From an uncultured Alphaproteobacteria bacterium (GTDB lineage Bacteria; Pseudomonadota; Alphaproteobacteria; HIMB59; GCA-002718135): a stretch of 64,000 bases of DNA. Made by a program: the position numbers and the translations under genes. Under the pieces are notes generated by a model. That model saw only the letters and a list, made by a program, of their open reading frames with translations. It was not told where the DNA came from and did not search any database. Shown here piece by piece: positions 62,495-64,000 of the stretch. Each line of letters begins with the position of its first letter. Positions within the stretch are counted from its first letter, which is position 1. The DNA lies in NCBI GenBank assembly GCA_902628645.1, contig CACONS010000003.1, positions 1,221 to 65,220 on the forward strand. Direction: 5' to 3'.

Positions 62495-63722
62495 TTAGAT
62501 AGTTAAAAATTTGATTAAGCTTTAATTCTTTTTGTTCACCAGTCATTAAGTCTTTAATAGTAAAAAAATTACCATTAAACTCATTATCTCCAATAATAAT
62601 TACATGCGATGCTGAAGATGCGCTAGCTTTTGTAAATGATTTTTTAAGATTGTATTTAAAATTCCAGTAATATGAAATTCTATTTTCAGATAAATATTTT
62701 TTTAGATTAAGATAATAATCTGCAAATTTTACATTTGTCACTGCAATATGAACTGTTGATTTTATTTTTTTTTCGGACTCCATCAATAATATAATTCTTT
62801 CAATGCCTGCTGCCCATCCAATTCCAGGTATATCAGGACCTCCTAATACTTTTATTAAACCATCATATCTTCCTCCACCTAATAAGGTGTCTTGACTTCC
62901 TAAATTATCTGATTTGTATTCAAATACAGTATTACAATAATAATCAAGGCCCCTAACTAGATTAGGATTTTCTTCAAAATTAATTTCAAGTAGATTTAAT
63001 GACCTTTTTATATCTTCATAATGCTTTTTAGCTTCATCAGTTAAATATTCATATATTTTTGGTGAAGATTTAGAAATTTCAATATCTTCCTCATTTTTTG
63101 AATCTAATATTCTCAATGGATTAGTATTAATTTTTTTAATGCTTTCTTCTGATAATTTTTTTTTATGAGTATTGAAATATTTTGATAGACTTATTTTAAA
63201 ATCTAATAAAGTATTTTTATCACCTAAAGAATTAATATAAAGTTTAATATTAGATTTAGGTAATAGTTCTTTTAAAATATTATTTGATAGAAAAATCAAT
63301 TCGACATCCGCAAGAAAATCTTTAGTTCCAAGTATTTCAAAATTTATCTGATTGAATTGCCTATACCTACCCTTTTGTGGTCTTTCTCTTCGAAACATTG
63401 GTCCAATACCAAAAATTTTAAGTGGAAGATCATTTAAAAGATTATTTGTTATTGCAGCTCTTATCATAGGGGTCGTATACTCAGGACGTAGTGTTAAAAA
63501 TTCATTATTTCGATCTTCAAAAGAATACATTTCTTTCAACACAACGTCAGATTGCTCACCAAGAGGTTTTGCAAATAAATCACTAAATTCAAAAATTGGT
63601 GTTTGAATTTCTTTAAATGTTTTTAAATAAGCATTTTTAGAAACAATATCTGAGATCCGTTTAAATTTGTCAATTTCTTCTCCAAAAATATCATGCGTTC
63701 CTCTTACTGATCTTATTTTCAT
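62478..63722 (-). CDS. hisS: histidine--tRNA ligase
   Basis: Class II motifs ([25 protein letters not shown]) and a C-terminal anticodon-binding domain. Confidence 0.93.
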   Translation of the reverse strand: MKIRSVRGTHDIFGEEIDKFKRISDIVSKNAYLKTFKEIQTPIFEFSDLFAKPLGEQSDVVLKEMYSFEDRNNEFLTLRPEYTTPMIRAAITNNLLNDLPLKIFGIGPMFRRERPQKGRYRQFNQINFEILGTKDFLADVELIFLSNNILKELLPKSNIKLYINSLGDKNTLLDFKISLSKYFNTHKKKLSEESIKKINTNPLRILDSKNEEDIEISKSSPKIYEYLTDEAKKHYEDIKRSLNLLEINFEENPNLVRGLDYYCNTVFEYKSDNLGSQDTLLGGGRYDGLIKVLGGPDIPGIGWAAGIERIILLMESEKKIKSTVHIAVTNVKFADYYLNLKKYLSENRISYYWNFKYNLKKSFTKASASSASHVIIIGDNEFNGNFFTIKDLMTGEQKELKLNQIFNYLNDKSR

Positions 63723-63723
63723 T

Positions 63724-64000
63724 TTACTGATTTAACTCAAGTTCTTTTGTTTTTTTTCTAATGATTTCTTCAAGATAATTTTCTAAATCTACATTTTTTA
63801 CAACATTATTTTTTTTACCATCAAGATAAATCATGTGTGTATCATTCCCCCCACCTGTTATTCCAATATTTGTCATCGTTGCTTCACCTGGACCATTTAC
63901 TACGCATCCTATTATTGACACTGTTATAGGTGTAGAAATATCATCTAATTTTTTTTCAAGATTTTTTACAGTTTTTATTACTTCAAATTGTTGTCTAGCG
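63724..64000 (-). CDS. ispG: 4-hydroxy-3-methylbut-2-en-1-yl diphosphate synthase, 3' portion (gene continues beyond the window)
   Basis: C-terminal [4Fe-4S] domain motif [12 protein letters not shown]. The reading frame stays open to the window edge. Confidence 0.8.
   Translation of the reverse strand, partial: ARQQFEVIKTVKNLEKKLDDISTPITVSIIGCVVNGPGEATMTNIGITGGGNDTHMIYLDGKKNNVVKNVDLENYLEEIIRKKTKELELNQ

Noticed and set aside
12821-63606. Remaining short antisense or nested ORFs in the track. These start at 12821, 15252, 16157, 23527, 25313, 32455, 33030, 34018, 37197, 38680, 39844, 41682, 42351, 47266, 47680, 49180, 52843, 57303, 58863, 59106, 61558, 61752 and 63352.
   Set aside because: Each is fully embedded opposite, or out of frame within, a well-supported conserved gene. 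Each has a low-complexity or atypical composition and shows no recognisable motif.
1-64000. Search for CRISPR arrays, transposases, integrases, toxin-antitoxin pairs, restriction-modification or other defence modules, rRNA, and long direct or inverted repeats
   Set aside because: None were recognised. Every ORF over 60 aa is either assignable to a housekeeping or metabolic family or is a shadow ORF. All gaps over 75 nt are accounted for by rnpB, two tRNAs, rpmJ, hairpins or short promoter regions.

Overview
Very AT-rich, almost gap-free window. About 65 protein genes, 2 tRNAs and 1 RNase P RNA; many start/stop overlaps. The composition, the alphaproteobacterial-type protein N-termini (MraZ, L36, SspB-like, DUF4167, ELM1-like) and the extreme compaction suggest a streamlined marine alphaproteobacterium of the SAR11/Pelagibacterales type. 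That is inference and cannot be verified here.

Contents, in order:
- A 2OG-oxygenase-like gene, cytochrome b561, an SspB-like gene, gpmA and fumC.
- A complete canonical dcw cluster on the minus strand: mraZ-rsmH-ftsL-ftsI-murE-murF-mraY-murD-ftsW-murG-murC-murB-ddl-ftsQ-ftsA-ftsZ-lpxC, about 3.7-22.3 kb.
- RNase P RNA directly upstream of mraZ. The 86-nt spacer holds four exactly 10-bp-phased ATGGG repeats (putative MraZ boxes).
- Envelope and repair genes: AmpD-like amidase, bamD, ligA, uvrD-like, mlaA, mlaC.
- A carbohydrate locus of about 10.5 kb (30.0-40.6 kb). It has a CUT1 ABC importer with no ATPase gene, fba, two Gfo/Idh/MocA genes, an aldo-keto reductase (AKR) and a TIM-barrel isomerase. 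A CAT-anticodon tRNA then separates these from a GH4 glycosidase and a degenerate PanB-fold protein.
- yqeY-dnaG-rpoD-MBL hydrolase, carAB, greA, an ELM1-like gene, a second 2OG-like gene and trxB.
- rpmJ, which is absent from the ORF track.
- ggt, guaC, ispA, tRNA-Val, a GNAT / flavin reductase / M23 peptidase triplet, DUF4167, prmC-prfA-hisS and the 3' end of ispG.

I recognised no mobile element, CRISPR array, toxin-antitoxin pair or defence system. I cannot point to a convincing undescribed multi-gene system. The best candidates for follow-up are the carbohydrate locus with its GH4 / PanB-fold pair, the rnpB / MraZ-box / dcw regulatory junction, and a polylysine N-terminal tail on sigma-70. 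All functional calls rest on motif recognition by eye; no database search was run.
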